Origin: Tubiluchus corallicola
Lineage: Eukaryota; Animalia; Priapulida
Length of the DNA: 64,000 nt
Assembly: GCA_030141605.1 (NCBI GenBank)
Contig: JAQGDQ010000212.1
Span: forward strand, 186,001-250,000
Direction of reading: 5' to 3'
Below the pieces are notes generated by a model. It worked only from the letters and a program-made list of their open reading frames with translations, made no database searches and was not told the DNA's origin. The translations under genes and the position numbers were made by a program. Shown piece by piece: positions 38,986 to 54,439 of the stretch. How positions within the stretch are numbered: position 1 is the stretch's first letter; each line of letters begins with the position of its first letter.

Positions 38986-39559
38986 CTCGCGCTGACAAGC
39001 CCATAGTCTCAATCTGTTTGCTTTAGTAAAACAACAGCGATAAGAAATTTGCGCCAGTGGGAACTCGGGTCAATAATTTGTCAGACTTGCCCATATGCTC
39101 ACGAATTTCTGGCTTCATTAGAGATTAGATTCACCAGACGAACAAAATGTCAAGTTTGATTACATACTTTAGCATTAATCTAGCCACATTTTGCCAAAGA
39201 TTGCACTTTTTGCACTTTCCCGGACGCCCTGCGATTGCCGCCCCAAGGTTGTTAGCCTTGCTAGCTTCTTGCATTAATGGGAAAAAATAACAGTTGCTTA
39301 AATGGACGCGCGTACCAGTCTAGAGTAGAAAACGATCGAGCACTGCGCGGAATGGATTTGATTATTTACTTGATTACCCGCGAAATAAGATTGCACAATT
39401 TGCACTACAATGAGGCTAGTGTCACGTGACTGTAAGACAGGACTGGTGCGTTTCAGCAGACAGGAAAAAATGTCGAAACCGAAATGTTGGAAAAGTGATT
39501 GTTCGTGTAGGTTTGCTGTTTTTTTATATGTTTTCGACACAGTTTTGTTGCTATATTTC

Positions 39560-40630
39560 GTACTTATTGGTACCAAAAATACATGCAATACTAGAAAAAA
39601 ACAAGACGGTATATACAATTTCAATTTTGAAATATAGTGACACTACAGGCAAACAGACAATTACTGCTAAAACAAATATTATTTAATCTTCCTGTTAGTT
39701 ATTTTACTTATTTAAATGAAGAGTTTAAAGACTAGTACTTAAAATAACTTGTCATTCATTAGGCCTCATTTTCAATGATATTGGACTGAATTCGACCCAG
39801 AGGGTCGAACTCCAAGATGGCATGGCGGTCTTGATATTGTGCATCATGAAGATCCATTTTACTATCGTTGTGTAACTGATTACTTAATTACAAATGTTAA
39901 TTATAAATAACTAAATTAATGTCTGTAAACTAGTACCTTATACCTGTTATAGCATGTCATCTAACTCTCATAAAACAAAATACACAAAAACTACACTGTA
40001 CGGAGTTTATTAACAGCACTAATAAAAATAAGGAACCAAAATACACGTGCACAAAAAAAATAACTAACTAACTCAGTAACAGCACTACACCCGAGGAGCA
40101 CCTGTGTCAGAAATCAAGGCTGTAGTGACCTCTACACGCTTTTATACTGGCATTCCAGGTCAGCTGGCTTCTCACACCACGTGTAGGCCCAAACAAGACG
40201 TCTGGACCTACAAGAAAGGGGCGAGTCGCTGCTGACGTGGAAGCAGGGCGTGTAGAGGGCCCTGACCCGACACAGGTGCCTCCGTAACAATATGATCATT
40301 ACGTAGTATATTGTTCATCATGTCTTAAAAACGCTTTTTCATCATGATCAATAAACGCCTTAATTACTTCTAAATTATTACTTCCGATCAAGAAAAAAAT
40401 GTATCATCATCTTTCATAAGGAAAAATTCTGGTATAATTAGGTGGATGTGATTATATAATTTTCCTCTAAAATTATTGTAATATGGGCATTTTATAACAA
40501 AGTGTAATTCGTCTTCGATTTCGTTTCCTAGACAATATGTACATATACGATTCTCAACCCGGATTTTTGTAGGTTTAACGTACCCCCCTCTTTCAATACA
40601 CGGAGTATGAGAGCTGACATGCTTTGTATA
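39560..40630 (-). mobile_element. 3' fragment of a non-LTR retrotransposon (C-terminal CCHC zinc knuckle), interrupted by an insertion
   Basis: Homologous to 63400-63950, whose minus frame reads YCTFCLRNEIEDESHFVIKCPYYNDLR. Confidence 0.65.
39945..40289 (-). mobile_element. Probable solo LTR (345 bp)
   Basis: TGTTA...TAACA termini, minus-strand TATAAAA (about 40146) followed by AATAAA (about 40011), absent from the homologous LINE copy at 63.6 kb; no clean TSD seen. Confidence 0.5.
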
Positions 40631-41061
40631 GTTTGCATAGATATATTTTATTCATTGCAGTTCACTGCTGTTCGTTCACTCCTTAAATTGTTCATTCACT
40701 CGTTCAGTCGTACATCGATCTAGCCCCTGTAGCCTCCAATCCCTGACTGTCAAACGTTGCTTTGCAATTACTAGAGGTATGACCCATAGGTGCTTGTCAA
40801 TAGTGTAACAACCGTCATTAAAAGAAGAAGAACTAGACGTAACTTCAGAGGAATAAATGACTAAAGTTCTCTAACTTTAACCAATTGAATAACAACTTTA
40901 TTATATTCATTCTGTTTGCCTTGAAACTTAATACCACTTACATCCGTACAGAATATTGCCTTTTTGCAGTATAAAGCTTGTAAATTTAAGTTAGACGCTG
41001 ACCGCTAGTCGCAGCCATTTTAACGGTAGGTCGTTTGAAACAAGTTTAGATAACGTGTTGA

Positions 41062-42540
41062 ACACAAGCACAAGAAAACACACAGTTTAAAGCACAAAAA
41101 CACACAGTTTAAAGCACAAAAACACACAGTTTAAAACACAAGAAAACACATAGTTTAAAGCACAAAAACACACAGTTTAAAACACAAGAAAGCACACAGA
41201 TTAAAGCAAAAGAAAACACACAGTTCAAAGCACAAAAACACACAGTTTAAAGCACAAAAATACACAGTTTAAAACACAAGAAAACACACAGTTTAAAGCA
41301 CAAGAAAACACACCGTTTAAAGCACAAGAAAACACACACTTTAAAGCACAAGAAAACACACAGTTTAAAACACAAGAAAACACACAGTTTAAAGCACAAG
41401 AAAACACACCGTTTAAAGCACAAGAAAACACACAGTTTAAAACACAAGAAAACACAGTTTAAAGCACAAGAAAACACACACTTTAAAGCACAAGAAAACA
41501 CACAGTTTAAAGCACAAGAAAACACACAGTTTAAAACACAAGAAAACACACAGTTTAAAGCACAAGAAAACACACAGTTCAAAACACAAGAAAACACACA
41601 GTTTAAGGCACAAGAAAACACACAGTTTAAAACACAAGAAAACACACAGTTTAAAGCACAAGAAAACACACAGTTTGAAGCACAAAAACACACACAGTTT
41701 AAAGCACAAGAAAACACACAGTTTAAAACACAAGAAAACACACAGTTTAAAGCACAAGAAAACACACAGTTTGAAGCACAAAAACACACAGTTTAAAGCA
41801 CAAAAACACACAGTTTAAAGCACAAGAAAACACACAGTTTAAAACACAAAAAAACACACAGTTTAAAACACAAGAAAACACACAGTTTAAAGCACAAAAA
41901 CACACAGTTTAAAGCACAAAAACACACACTTTAAAGCGCAAGAAAACACACACTTTAAAGCGCAAGAAAATACACAGTTTAAAACACAAGAAAACACACA
42001 GTTTAAAACACAAGAAAACACACAGTTTAAAGCACAAAAACACACAGTTTAAAGCACAAAAACACACACTTTAAAGCGCAAGAAAACACACACTTTAAAG
42101 CGCAAGAAAACACACAGTTTAAAGCACGAGAAAACACACACTTTAAAGCGCAAGAAAACACACAGTTTAAAACACAAGAAAACACACAGTTTAAAGCACA
42201 AGAAAACACACAGTTTAAAGCACAAGAAAACACACAGTTTAAAATACAAGAAAACACACAGTTTAAAACACAAGAAAACACACAGTTTGAAGCACAAAAA
42301 CACACAGTTTAAAGCACAAAAACACACACTTTAAAGCGCAAGAAAACACACACTTTAAAGCGCAAGAAAACACACAGTTTAAAGCACAAGAAAACACACA
42401 CTTTAAAGCGCAAGAAAACACACAGTTTAAAACACAAGAAAACACACAGTTTAAAGCACAAGAAAACACACAGTTTAAAGCACAAGAAAACACACAGTTT
42501 AAAGAACAAGAAAACACACAGTTTAAAGCACAAGAAAACA
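41062..42540. repeat. 24/22-bp minisatellite, about 60 copies
   Basis: Unit CACAGTTTAAAGCACAAGAAAACA. Confidence 0.96.
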
Positions 42541-43562
42541 CTCTACATAAATAACGTTGCAGTTCGGAGAAAAACTTCACTATTCCGTCGCCTCAATGTC
42601 TTCGGGGACGCCCTTTATCAAATTTCAACCAATTTGAAAATTTTCTGCCCTAACCATGACTTATTGATGGTAGGCTGATGAATAAAATGAAACAGTGTTG
42701 ACTATTAACAATAAATTTCATCTTGTCTAGTTGAATGCGTGTTATTAGTTGATGGGTGGCTACATCTAGGGAGATGAAATGCAGTTCGCAATTGATGGGT
42801 GGCCCTATCTTTGGGAGCTAAATTCTTTGATGAATTCTGGCCTCTACCAATGAAGATCTGCTGGTGGTTGACTATTGAAGGGTGGTGGCCTCCAGGGAAC
42901 TACAGCCTCGTAAACGTTTATGAGTGGCGGCCTCTAGGGAACTACAGCCTCGTAAACGTTTATGAGTGGCGGCCTCTAGGGAGCTGTGGGCTTACGAACT
43001 GAGTGCACAAGTACTTGATATTTCGTGGAACTCCGCGTGGCTATGTTCTGCATTGCGCTGCTCGATCGAAAGAAAATTTCATTGAATAAAAGTGGCGACG
43101 GTAAATTGTTAACAAACTGGTAGACCCGTTCCTGTTGATTTGCTTCGTCAAAAGAGATACTGCCCCCCCCCCCCAAACAGCTGTGTCAATACTGGATGAC
43201 TTTTGATTTGGGATAAAAATTTGTGTGTATCGGCTGGCGGCGAAAAAACCAACTTACTCTAAAAAGTTTATTAAAACTTATTTCACTTTGCACTATAATA
43301 AAGTTGAATAAAACGCTTTGCCATGAAAGCAGATGCGTGTGTTATGAAAAATCTCAAGTTTTAAATAAAAAAAATGCAAAATTTGGAAAATTTAAAGTGG
43401 TTCAAGTAAAAAAATGTTTCTAAAGAATTTCTAAAGAAACAAAAAAACTTTTTAGCCTTTCAGTTTTGTTTTCGTTTAAATTAAAAAAAAAGCTCTTCAA
43501 TTTTGTTTCTGGCAGTATTACTTTTCTCATTCGAGGTTTGAATTGATCAATACCTTTATTAA

Positions 43563-44094
43563 AAGAAAACCGGACGATTGTTTAGACTCAATCTCATTTT
43601 ATTTACTCTCCAAACTATACATTTTCTTGCCTGTAAAAGTCAACAACAGTTTCTTATATTTGAATAATTAGCTTAGAAATTTATTTAACGGTAACCGAAC
43701 ACAGCTATTGCTTACGTCAGCAATTAACCACAGTTTGTGCAATGGTAGGGATCTTCAAGCACGTTTGCGTAAGTGTTAGTGTTTAAACGCGTGATGTTCA
43801 CGAAAATGGGCTCTACGTCATATGACGTCATTAAGGAACACTGCAGTTTATGATCATGGTTATCACGGTATCGCCTTCTATTTGTCGGCCACCCGAATGG
43901 GACCAAAAGGCGCCATTACCCATCTTAGTAGATTCACTGAGCCGCGCGTAGCTTTGAAAGTTCAACAAAATTTGAGTATCCGAGGTAATTATTATTTAAT
44001 CTAAGCTTTGATTTAAAAAAAGCTATTGTAGTTTTCAATATTTTAGAGCATTCTTTATTCTGAACTGATGCTTACACAATCATCCGGTTTTCCT
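43563..44094 (-). mobile_element. Kolobok-like non-autonomous DNA transposon, family B
   Basis: TIR A(A/G)GAAAACCGGA / TCCGGTTTTCCT, TTAA on both sides; inverted copy at 50622-51175. Confidence 0.8.
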
Positions 44095-44189
44095 TTAACA
44101 ATACAGACACACTAGTATCCAATACAATATATACAATGTCAATACAATAAAAACAGCTTCCATCTGAGTTGTGCCAATCCACCTATAAT

Positions 44190-44718
<529 letters not shown>

Positions 44719-46049
44719 AATTTAGCGACAGTCCATTCAAATCAGTTACAAATAGTTTCAAGAATTGCAAGTTAGGTTAGTTATAACAAAAATAAGATCA
44801 TTTGAAAGTATATAAACACTCATGAACAAAATGCATCAGATTATGTTGGTCCAAGCTATTATATGATGACTGTATATTAGTAAAGTCCAAATTGCTATAA
44901 AGTTCTCTAAAATATACACATACTAATAATTTCATTGCACTGGAATCAAACCCAAAATTATTGTAACAAATTTGCTGTTATTACGTTATACATTTCGTCA
45001 AATTTTTTGGCGTCGCTTGCAAGTTATGTACAAATAATTGATTTTGTGAAAAGGACAGAAGGGTACTGATAACGTTAATTAGGCCATTTCGTGTGTTCCA
45101 AGGTCACTAATCTTACCACCGAATGAAAGCCCACGTATAAGTTATAGAACCTTATAGTACCCAAGGGTCTATCTGTGAACGTTTTGGAGTTATAAGCCTC
45201 CAAAGTGCAGAGCGACTTCTTGACCTTTTAGTGACCCAGGAAAGCGGGCCAAAATGCGAAATTTTATAAAAAGTCCAAAACGCTGTTAGAATGACCTAAA
45301 GAATCTTTCCTGAAAGTTTGACAGCCTTATTCAGTCAGTCCCCCCTTTTCGACTAACAGGACGGGCTATAGCGAGTTAGTGCTAAAACATTTCTAGTTTT
45401 CCCCGATGAATTTACACATAAATTGGACAGAAATTGTCGGATCAATGACATTTTAAAAATGGCTTGTTTTTTTCTGTCCACCCTGTATATAATTGTAAGT
45501 TTCAGCGTGATTTATTTAGAATAAAAACCTCGACCTTTAAATGATCGCGTGAAGCATAATACACGTTTTCTCAAGTCAATTCAATTGAATTCAATTCAGT
45601 TCAATTCTTCTTTATTCCTGATAAAGAAGAATTGATAAAATGATACAAAAACCAAAGAAATCGGAGGCAGAAAATTCGCACACTGTTTCATCAAGAAGAA
45701 CTTGTCCACAACGATACTTTTGAATGGTTTTCCGAGTTTCTCTTTCCACGGTTTTCAACAGATTGTCAACAAGTGAAGCCATTCGCTAGCGGCGATTTTT
45801 CAAGGTCGTCAACTTGAGGGATTCAAGGTCATCTGCTTGTTTAGACGAAATCGTCGCCTCGATTTTGAATCTTTTATCTTGTTTGTAAGGTTCTTGCGAA
45901 GCTTTGAGCATAAAAACATTTGTTTGTGAAATGAAAATAAAACTGAATACTTTGCAAAAGACTTTATATAAAATTATTGACTTGCTATTTGCTATTCATC
46001 TAAGCTGTGGAAATTCAATAGAGAGAGTGTGAAAACCACGTTCTATCTG

Positions 46050-46117
46050 TGTGCGTCTCTTTCTGTTGTCCTTCCCTATCTTCTGTTCTTTCTCTTTCTC
46101 TCTCTCCCTCTCTCCTC

Positions 46118-46175
<58 letters not shown>

Positions 46176-46241
46176 CTCTGTCTCTCTCTCTGTCTCACTC
46201 TCCCTCTCTCTCTCTTTTCTCTCTCTCTTTCTTTCTCCCTC

Positions 46242-46309
<68 letters not shown>

Positions 46310-46920
46310 TCTGTCTCTCTCTCTCTCTCTCTCACCTAACTTCAACATCTCTCTCTCTGTCATTCTCCCTAGTTTCTTTCTCCTTCTCCTTCTCCTCTCA
46401 TTTTTTTCATTTCTCTCCTCTATCGCCCTTTCTTCTTCTTCTTTTAGCTTTTGTTTTTCTACATTACCTCAAACACACTCGCGTTCCTCAGCTTTTTGTT
46501 TCTTTTCTTTCCAACTTTCTGCTTTCTCACCCCACCTTTCCATATTTTACCAATGTCTCTCCCGATCTTTCCGTATGTACTCAAGCGTCTCTCATTAGCC
46601 ATTACCTATTATCTCTTTTTCTTTTCCATTTCCCCATCGGCTATCTCTCGCTATTTCTCTTCCTTTCCTACTTTTCTCTTTCCTTTCCTTTTTCATCGCC
46701 TTCCCTTTCTTTTCTTCAAATTTCTCGCCCTCTTTTCCCTTCTGCTCACATCTTTTCAATCTCCCCGTCCACCTCATGTCGTTTTTCTTCGTTTTTTCTT
46801 CACCTTCCCTAAGTTTTTCTGTTCGTCGCCATTTCGTGCCCTTTTTTCTCTTCTGCTTCATATTTTCAAATATTCTCCTCTTTTCGCTTTGCAGTTTCAT
46901 GTTTATCTTCCGTCTCTTCT
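46050..46920. repeat. (CT)n / pyrimidine-rich tract
   Basis: Direct inspection. Confidence 0.9.
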
Positions 46921-47006
46921 ATAGCTACAGCCCAGAATAGAACCACGCACCTTACACTGTGGTAGGTCCTTTTTTTCTAATAGACGAAATTTCTTGACTT
47001 TTTCAC

Positions 47007-47082
47007 CACCAAAGCAACCAGATGCTAAAACTGATAATAAAATTAAAGAAATTCTTAAGAAATGATAAGAATAAACATTCAT
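47007..47082 (-). CDS. CHRNA7: Probable nAChR exon 1, signal peptide MNVYSYHFLRISLILLSVLASGCFG (upstream in-frame ATG at 47106)
   Basis: Signal-peptide-like segment ending at phase-1 donor G|GTgaaa, matching the phase-1 acceptor of exon 2 (G+TT = Val); best candidate seen upstream, but the donor is only moderate. Confidence 0.55.
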
Positions 47083-48029
47083 CTTCGCTTTTTTTTGATC
47101 TGACATCCACCTCCCCTTCTCCGCAGCTTCTGTACCAATCTCATATCAAATGTTCTATTTATACAAGTGAACCCAGTGAAAATGAAGTTATGAAACGACT
47201 CGACTGGAAGAAAAACATAAAACGGCAAAAACGTCGAATCGTCATCTCGAGTGACCCGGCATTATCGGAATTGTTTAGAATAGAACCTCTTCTTCGACGC
47301 TCCGAATCGATTTAAATCCGGATTGAAACTTATCAGCTGCAAAATCACAACGTTATAATCTCGTCAGCGTCAGTCGGATTCAGCAGCGACGAATAGTTGC
47401 TTTTAATAATAACAGGCGGCGATACAATCGCTTTAAGTGAGCACATAACTCACAGTTAGCAACGCAAACTGTCCATAATGGTTGACAACTACGATTACAG
47501 ATCTTCCATTATCATATATATTTTGCACAAGGTTTAGCAATATTGTGTCTGGGAAGAAATAGAAATGTTCAATACGGCGAGAAACGTCACCAGTTTAGTT
47601 GTGTTATCTTACGGAATAACTGCTTTTGAATTCGGTTTTTCCCTGGGCTTCTTTTCTGTGGAATTCTTTACCAGAAATGCTTTTCCGGCAAGTTACAGCT
47701 TCAACCGATTAAAGAAGAACATCAACAGATTACCTCAAGTCCACAGCAAATTAATTATAGCAATTATTTTCTAGACATTCATTTTCATTCTTAACCTTTC
47801 TTCTGTAGTCTTTACTCTATAATGCCATTTGGCTTGTTTGGGGGTCTACAAAAATGATTTATGTATTCAATGTAATGCTAAATGCAGAATGGAGATCTTT
47901 TAGTAAGCAAACTGCACAGCTGTTGACAGATGAATTTAAAGGCACCAGAATGTAAGTAAACCTTGACAGTCTAGTTGAATACGTTGCATGAATACCAGCC
48001 AGCAATAATCCATAAAATTACCACGTGAC

Positions 48030-48530
48030 CTAATGTTATCAAACTGCCATGTGAACTAGGTTAAAACTGCCACGTGAACAGCCTTGACAACATAATAGAA
48101 AATTGCCATGTGCACAAGCTGGTGCCATTATGATAGAAAGCTGCCATGTGAACAAGCTTGTCACCATGATAGAAAATTGCTATGTGAACAAGGTTGACAC
48201 CGTAATGGAAAATTGCCATGTGAACAGGCTTGACACTATGATAGAAAATTGCCATGTGAACACGCTTGGCACTATAATAGAAAACTGAAGTGTTAACCGA
48301 CTTGACCTGATGAAAGAAAAATTCTGCGAACAAGCCTGCTCTGATATTGTAAAACTGACTTGATTTCAGGCTGTAATACCGTCATGTGAACAGACTTGCT
48401 CTGATTTTATAAAATGGACACGTGAAGAAGCCTCATCTGATGTTATAAACTGCCAGTTTGATGAAGTGAGAACAGTGCAGTGTGAACAGACTTCATCTGA
48501 CTTTATGAAACTGCTAAGCGAGCAGATTTC
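48030..48530. repeat. Degenerate minisatellite of about 36 bp
   Basis: AAAATTGCCATGTGAACAGGCTTGACACTATGATAG units. Confidence 0.75.
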
Positions 48531-49419
48531 ATCTGGCAGCCTACATAGGCGAGGACATTATAAAGCGTATTCTTGGTTTTGTACCGGTCTCACTGTCATT
48601 CATGAATGCTGGATTTCTCATCTCCACTGTCCCAAGCAGTGAGTAAAGGCTGGTTCATACGCGTAGCAGTAGAAGCTGAGGCTGCATCAAAAACTGACAG
48701 ACCAATCAAGAACTCTGTTCGTTAGCCAAATCCAAAGGTCCACATTCATTATAATATAGGAATAATAATGCAAGAAAACGCGGTTTTTAGAACAGCGGCT
48801 GATCGTCTTCCGGTTCTAAAGAATGTGCAGCAGCAGCAACGCGGTCAGCCAGTTTTCATTTCCCCGCTGGAAAGGCAAATAAACATCTCCAGCGAAGCCA
48901 AGTAAAGATGCCATCGTTGGGGAGGAGGCGCACCTGTTCAGACAAAAACCACTTCTGACGCACTCGGAAAGTCGACATGCTGATGATCAGGAAAGTTACT
49001 TTAGGTATCTGAGGGAACTATTGAGTCACGTGAAATGCTTTGCTGATTTGCAAACATCATGACCGGGGAGAGGTGTTTACTTTCGTAGAGAAATTTTCCA
49101 ATGTGAGATTTTGAAACGAATGTGAACGTGACATTTGAAAGGCACGTATAAAGTTAAGCGTCAAAGCTTGTTGCAGTGAAAATAATGAGTTTATTTGTAT
49201 TCGCTATTTCAGAATTATATCAGTTATCAAGCAGTATAGCCAAAGACTGAAAATGTGTACAATCTCCAAGTTTAAGTGATAGCAGTAAAATAAATCCAAC
49301 ATGCTAAGTGACCTGTTCTTATCTTAAAATTCTCGTGTTGAGGACATTTTCAGACCAATTCATGGAAACTTTTTTCCATGTTCCTAGATACATTTCGAAA
49401 AAAATCAACTTAAACTTGA

Positions 49420-50448
49420 TAAAGGAAACCTGCACTGGCAGTCTTAATAAAGGAAATCTACACTGGCAGTCTTAATAAAGGAAATCTACACTGGCAGTCT
49501 TAATAAAGGAAACCTACACTGGCAGTTTTAACAAAGGAAACCTACACTGGCAGTCTTAATAAAGGAAATCTACACTGGCAGTCTTAATAAAGGAAACCTA
49601 AACTGGCAGTCATATTAATAAAGGAAACTTACACTGGCAGTCTTAATAAAGGAATCCTTACACTGGCAGTCTTAATAAAGAAAACCTACACTGGCAGTCT
49701 TAATAAAGGAAACCTACACTGGCAGTCTTATTAAAGGAAACCTACACTGGCAGTCTTAATAAAGGAAACCTACACTGGCAGTCTTAATAAAGGAAACCTA
49801 CACTGGCAGTCTTAATAAAGGAAACCTACACTGGCAGTCTTATTAAAGGAAACCTACACTGGCAGTCTTAATAAAGGAAACCTACACTGGCAGTCTTATT
49901 AAAGGAAACCTACACTGGCAGTCTTAATAAAGGAAACCTACACTGGCAGTCTTAATAACGGAAACCTACACTGGCAGTCTTAATAACGGAAACCTACACT
50001 GGCAGTCTTAAAAACGGAAACCTACACTGGCAGTTTTAATAAAGGAAACCTACACTGGCAGTCTTAATAAAGGAAACCTACACTGGCAGTCTTAATAACG
50101 GAAACCTACACTGGCAGTTTTAATAAAGGAAACCTACACTGGCAGTCTTAATAAAGGAAACCTACACTGGCAGTCTTAATAAAGGAAACCTACACTGGCA
50201 GTCTTAATAACGGAAACCTACACTGGCAGTTTTAATAAAGGAAACCTACACTGGCAGTCTTAATAACGGAAACCTACACTGGCAGTCTTAATAAAGGAAA
50301 CCTACACTGGCAGTCTTAATAACGGAAACCTACACTGGCAGTCTTAAAAACGGAAACCTACACTGGCAGTTTTAATAAAGGAAACCTACACTGGCAGTCT
50401 TAATAAAGGAAACCTACACTGGCAGTTTTAATAAATAAAACCTACACT
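49420..50448. repeat. 28-bp minisatellite, about 37 copies
   Basis: Unit AAAGGAAACCTACACTGGCAGTCTTAAT. Confidence 0.97.
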
Positions 50449-50621
50449 AAACTACCCACGAAGGTTATAGAATTTTAAGCCGATTTTTTCGAAATGTGTT
50501 TGAAACTGTGAAAAAAAGGTTTCCAATTGAATTTGTGTGAAAATTTCCAGAGCATGATCAGTTTAAGATAAGGACTGGTCACTGAGAATGTTGGACTTAG
50601 TTCACCCCTGCTATCTCTTAA

Positions 50622-51175
50622 AGGAAAACCGGAGGATTGTGTAAACATTAGTTCAGAATAAAGAATGCTATAAATTGTCGAAAAGTACAATTGTTTCTTT
50701 AATCAAAGCTTAGATTAAATGATAATTACCTCGGATACTCAAATTTTGTTAAACTTTCAAAGCTACGCGCGGCTCAGTGAATCTGCTAAGATTGGCAATG
50801 GCGCCTTTTTGTCATATTCGTGTGGCCTACAAATAGAAGGCGGTACTGTGATAACCATGATCATGAACTGCAGTGTTAGTTTCTGATGTCATATGACGTA
50901 GAGCCCATCTTCGTGACGTCACGCGTTTAAGCAGTAACACTTACGCAAACGTGCTTGACGCGTAAGGGAAGATGCCTGCCATTGCACAACGCGTAAGGAA
51001 AGATGCCTGCCATTGCACAAACTGTGGTTAGTTTCTGACGTATGCAATAACCGTGTTCGGTTGCCGTTAATTAACTTTCTAAGCTAATTATTCTAATATA
51101 AGAAACAATTGTTAACTTATATTTTGGACAGTAAATTAAAATGAGATTGAGTTTAAACAGGCGTCCGGTATTCCT
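50622..51175 (+). mobile_element. Kolobok-like non-autonomous DNA transposon, family B
   Basis: TTAA|AGGAAAACCGGA ... TCCGGTATTCCT|TTAA; reverse complement of 43563-44094. Confidence 0.8.
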
Positions 51176-53132
51176 TTAAAAAGAAACGAATTTATATTCA
51201 ATTTTTTTTGCAATGTTTAAAGAAACTGTGGAGAATTGTTCTGCAGTGCAGAGAATTTTTTTCCCAAAAAATTACCAATCATCTAAAGAAAGTCTGTCTT
51301 CCATGATCAGGTTCTGCATTAGCAAGCGCATCGCTGCCACATTGACTTGGCTAATCGATACCGTTTAAGATTGTTTATGTTGAAGAAAACAGCAAACAGC
51401 TTAGGATATTGGAACCAAATGTTCAACAACACGCGATAAAAGACGAAGGCGAATTTTATTTACGTTTGAATCGGATGCCAGGTTTTATTCGCGTTCGAAT
51501 CAGATGCTGGTTATTATTCAGGTTACGCCGGCGTTGAAAGGCGAACGCTAATATTGTTTATATTCGAATCGGATGCCAGGTTTTATTTGCATTAGAATCA
51601 AATGTCAGATTTTACTGAGGAATGTATTTTAAGTGGTTTAAATGAAAAATAAACTACGCAACTGTTACTCAACACACTGCAGCATGCATGAAAGGAAACA
51701 GGTGGCCATTTTGTTTTCTTTTGCGCGCTAGACTGTTTTTAAGACACTTTACACATCTTTAGGGCCTAACAGCAGATTTTTAGATTCAACAGGACGAAAT
51801 AATTTGCTTTTTGTAATAAATTTTCAGGTGAAACAGGTAATATAACTGAATTATCGTCATTATTTTGAAAATTCCAGCCATTTTAAAAACAGAAATTTTA
51901 GAAATCGATTTCTTTAGGTCCAGATATTATGGAATAGATGTTATGAACGCCTCTTAATATTAATTTTATTCTAATTTCTTTTGATTTATGTAGTTTGTGC
52001 AAAAACTTGGCAGCCATTTTGTTTTTTTGCATTTTTGTCCCTTTTGCGCCAATATTTCCAGGTGGCAACAGCTTTGTTCGGATTGAGTATTGTCAAATTG
52101 ATAATGCCACTTTTAGGAATAAGCGCCTTCAGGGTTCAAGTTTTTTCTGAAGCTGGAACAGGGTTGGATTTTTTGTCAAATTCTCCTTTTTTGCGTACAA
52201 CTCTGTATAGACTCGATAATTGCGTAAAACTACTTGGATTTAACAAGAATTTAAGAGATTTATAACTAAATGACAATAAAACATTGACAAACAGTAAAGC
52301 GAAATCTCATTTAATAAACAATTAATGCAGGTCGTAAGGAACGCAGCCGCAATTCATGTCAGCGGGGATTTATTTATTATCTATGATTGTCAACCAAAGA
52401 TACGAAATGTTTTCCTAATTACAAGCATATAGATGAAACAGTTGAATGTTACAATGCATTGCACAAAAACTTAAAAATAAAAATAACTAGCGTGCAAGCT
52501 GAAAGGGTTGTAAAACAATATACTTGCTGAGAATATATAAATAAAGAAAGAAATAGGTAAACAAACAAATAAAAAATAAAGAATAAAACAAACAAAATAA
52601 CAATCAAATAAAAAATGAATAAATGATGGATAGATAAGTGAATGGATGGATGAATAGATGGATAGTTTGTATCAAAAAGATTTTGCTATAGCAAATATAT
52701 ACAATAAAATCTAATCATTATAATATTATACATTTTAAATCGCTGTAATTAAGAACTGTAAATTCTGAATTATTTTAAATTAATTAAAGGATGCCGCCAG
52801 TTTAATAGCAACATGCCGTCGATTAGTCACGTATCAGTCCCACCAGTTGCTAAACATCATGCAGTTTCTAGATCACATCTATTACTACGATGTTTACAAG
52901 ACTCTTTTCTGGGACAAGAGAGATGGATTCTTTGACCGCAGGGCATTGCAGGATCGCGTTTCGCGCATGCGCAATTGCGACTTATTGTCTTCAGTTTGTA
53001 GACGCCAAAAAATCTAACTGAAGAAATTTAATCGATCCCTGGACCGTGGCTGAGGGCAGAGTCTGAACTTCCCTCTCACGGTTATGAGAGGGACACTGGT
53101 ACTTAGTTAAGAATGACAAAATAACATTCTTG

Positions 53133-53728
<596 letters not shown>

Positions 53729-54439
53729 GGCCCTTTATGGCAATGAGCAGACAGAATTCTGTGATAAAGAAATGGCAAAGATCACTCAAGAACGATAAAC
53801 ACACAGAAGTAATTCAGCAAAAAACAAGACATTGCTATGTCAGTAGTTTGTCAGCACCACTTACGAAGAATACTAAACCTACATCACTGTTGTCGCAGCC
53901 ACTGATTAGCCTCTGCGGAAAAAATGTAACGATATTTCGACAAAATATAGACTAAATAATGAATAAATAAACAAACTAAAAAAAATAAACAGCAAAAGTT
54001 AAACAAATCAACAAATAACGAAAGAAAGAAGTAAGAGTAACTAAACAAGAAAAAGATAAGAAGAAAAAGTAAGTAAGAAAAAAGAATACTTTAATAATAA
54101 GTAAACTGGGGTTAAATGGTAGATGTGCAGTTAGTAATTATATATACAAAACAAATGGATGTAATATGTCTCTATGTGTTTCCGGTCACAGGAAGCTCTG
54201 TTGTACACGTGGGATCACTGTTGACAACATAATAATAATAATTACTGCAACTTATTACTATTATAATAACAATTACTGCTTGCGTTTCATTTGCGCGTGT
54301 GAGTAATAATCTAACGTCGTGAGTCTCGAATATTGGAAAACGCTTGATGAGGAAACCCCTGAAGGTAGAAGGTACTTGTTTAACATCTCGTGGGCAACTA
54401 CTGTATACTGTGTAGTCATCACTTTTAGCTAGAAAAAGC

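Noticed and set aside
38165-42580. Cys-rich repetitive ORFs (IHRLYCPSSAL, CVFSCALN)
   Set aside because: Translations of 33-bp and 24-bp minisatellites; the 24-bp array frameshifts between 24- and 22-nt units
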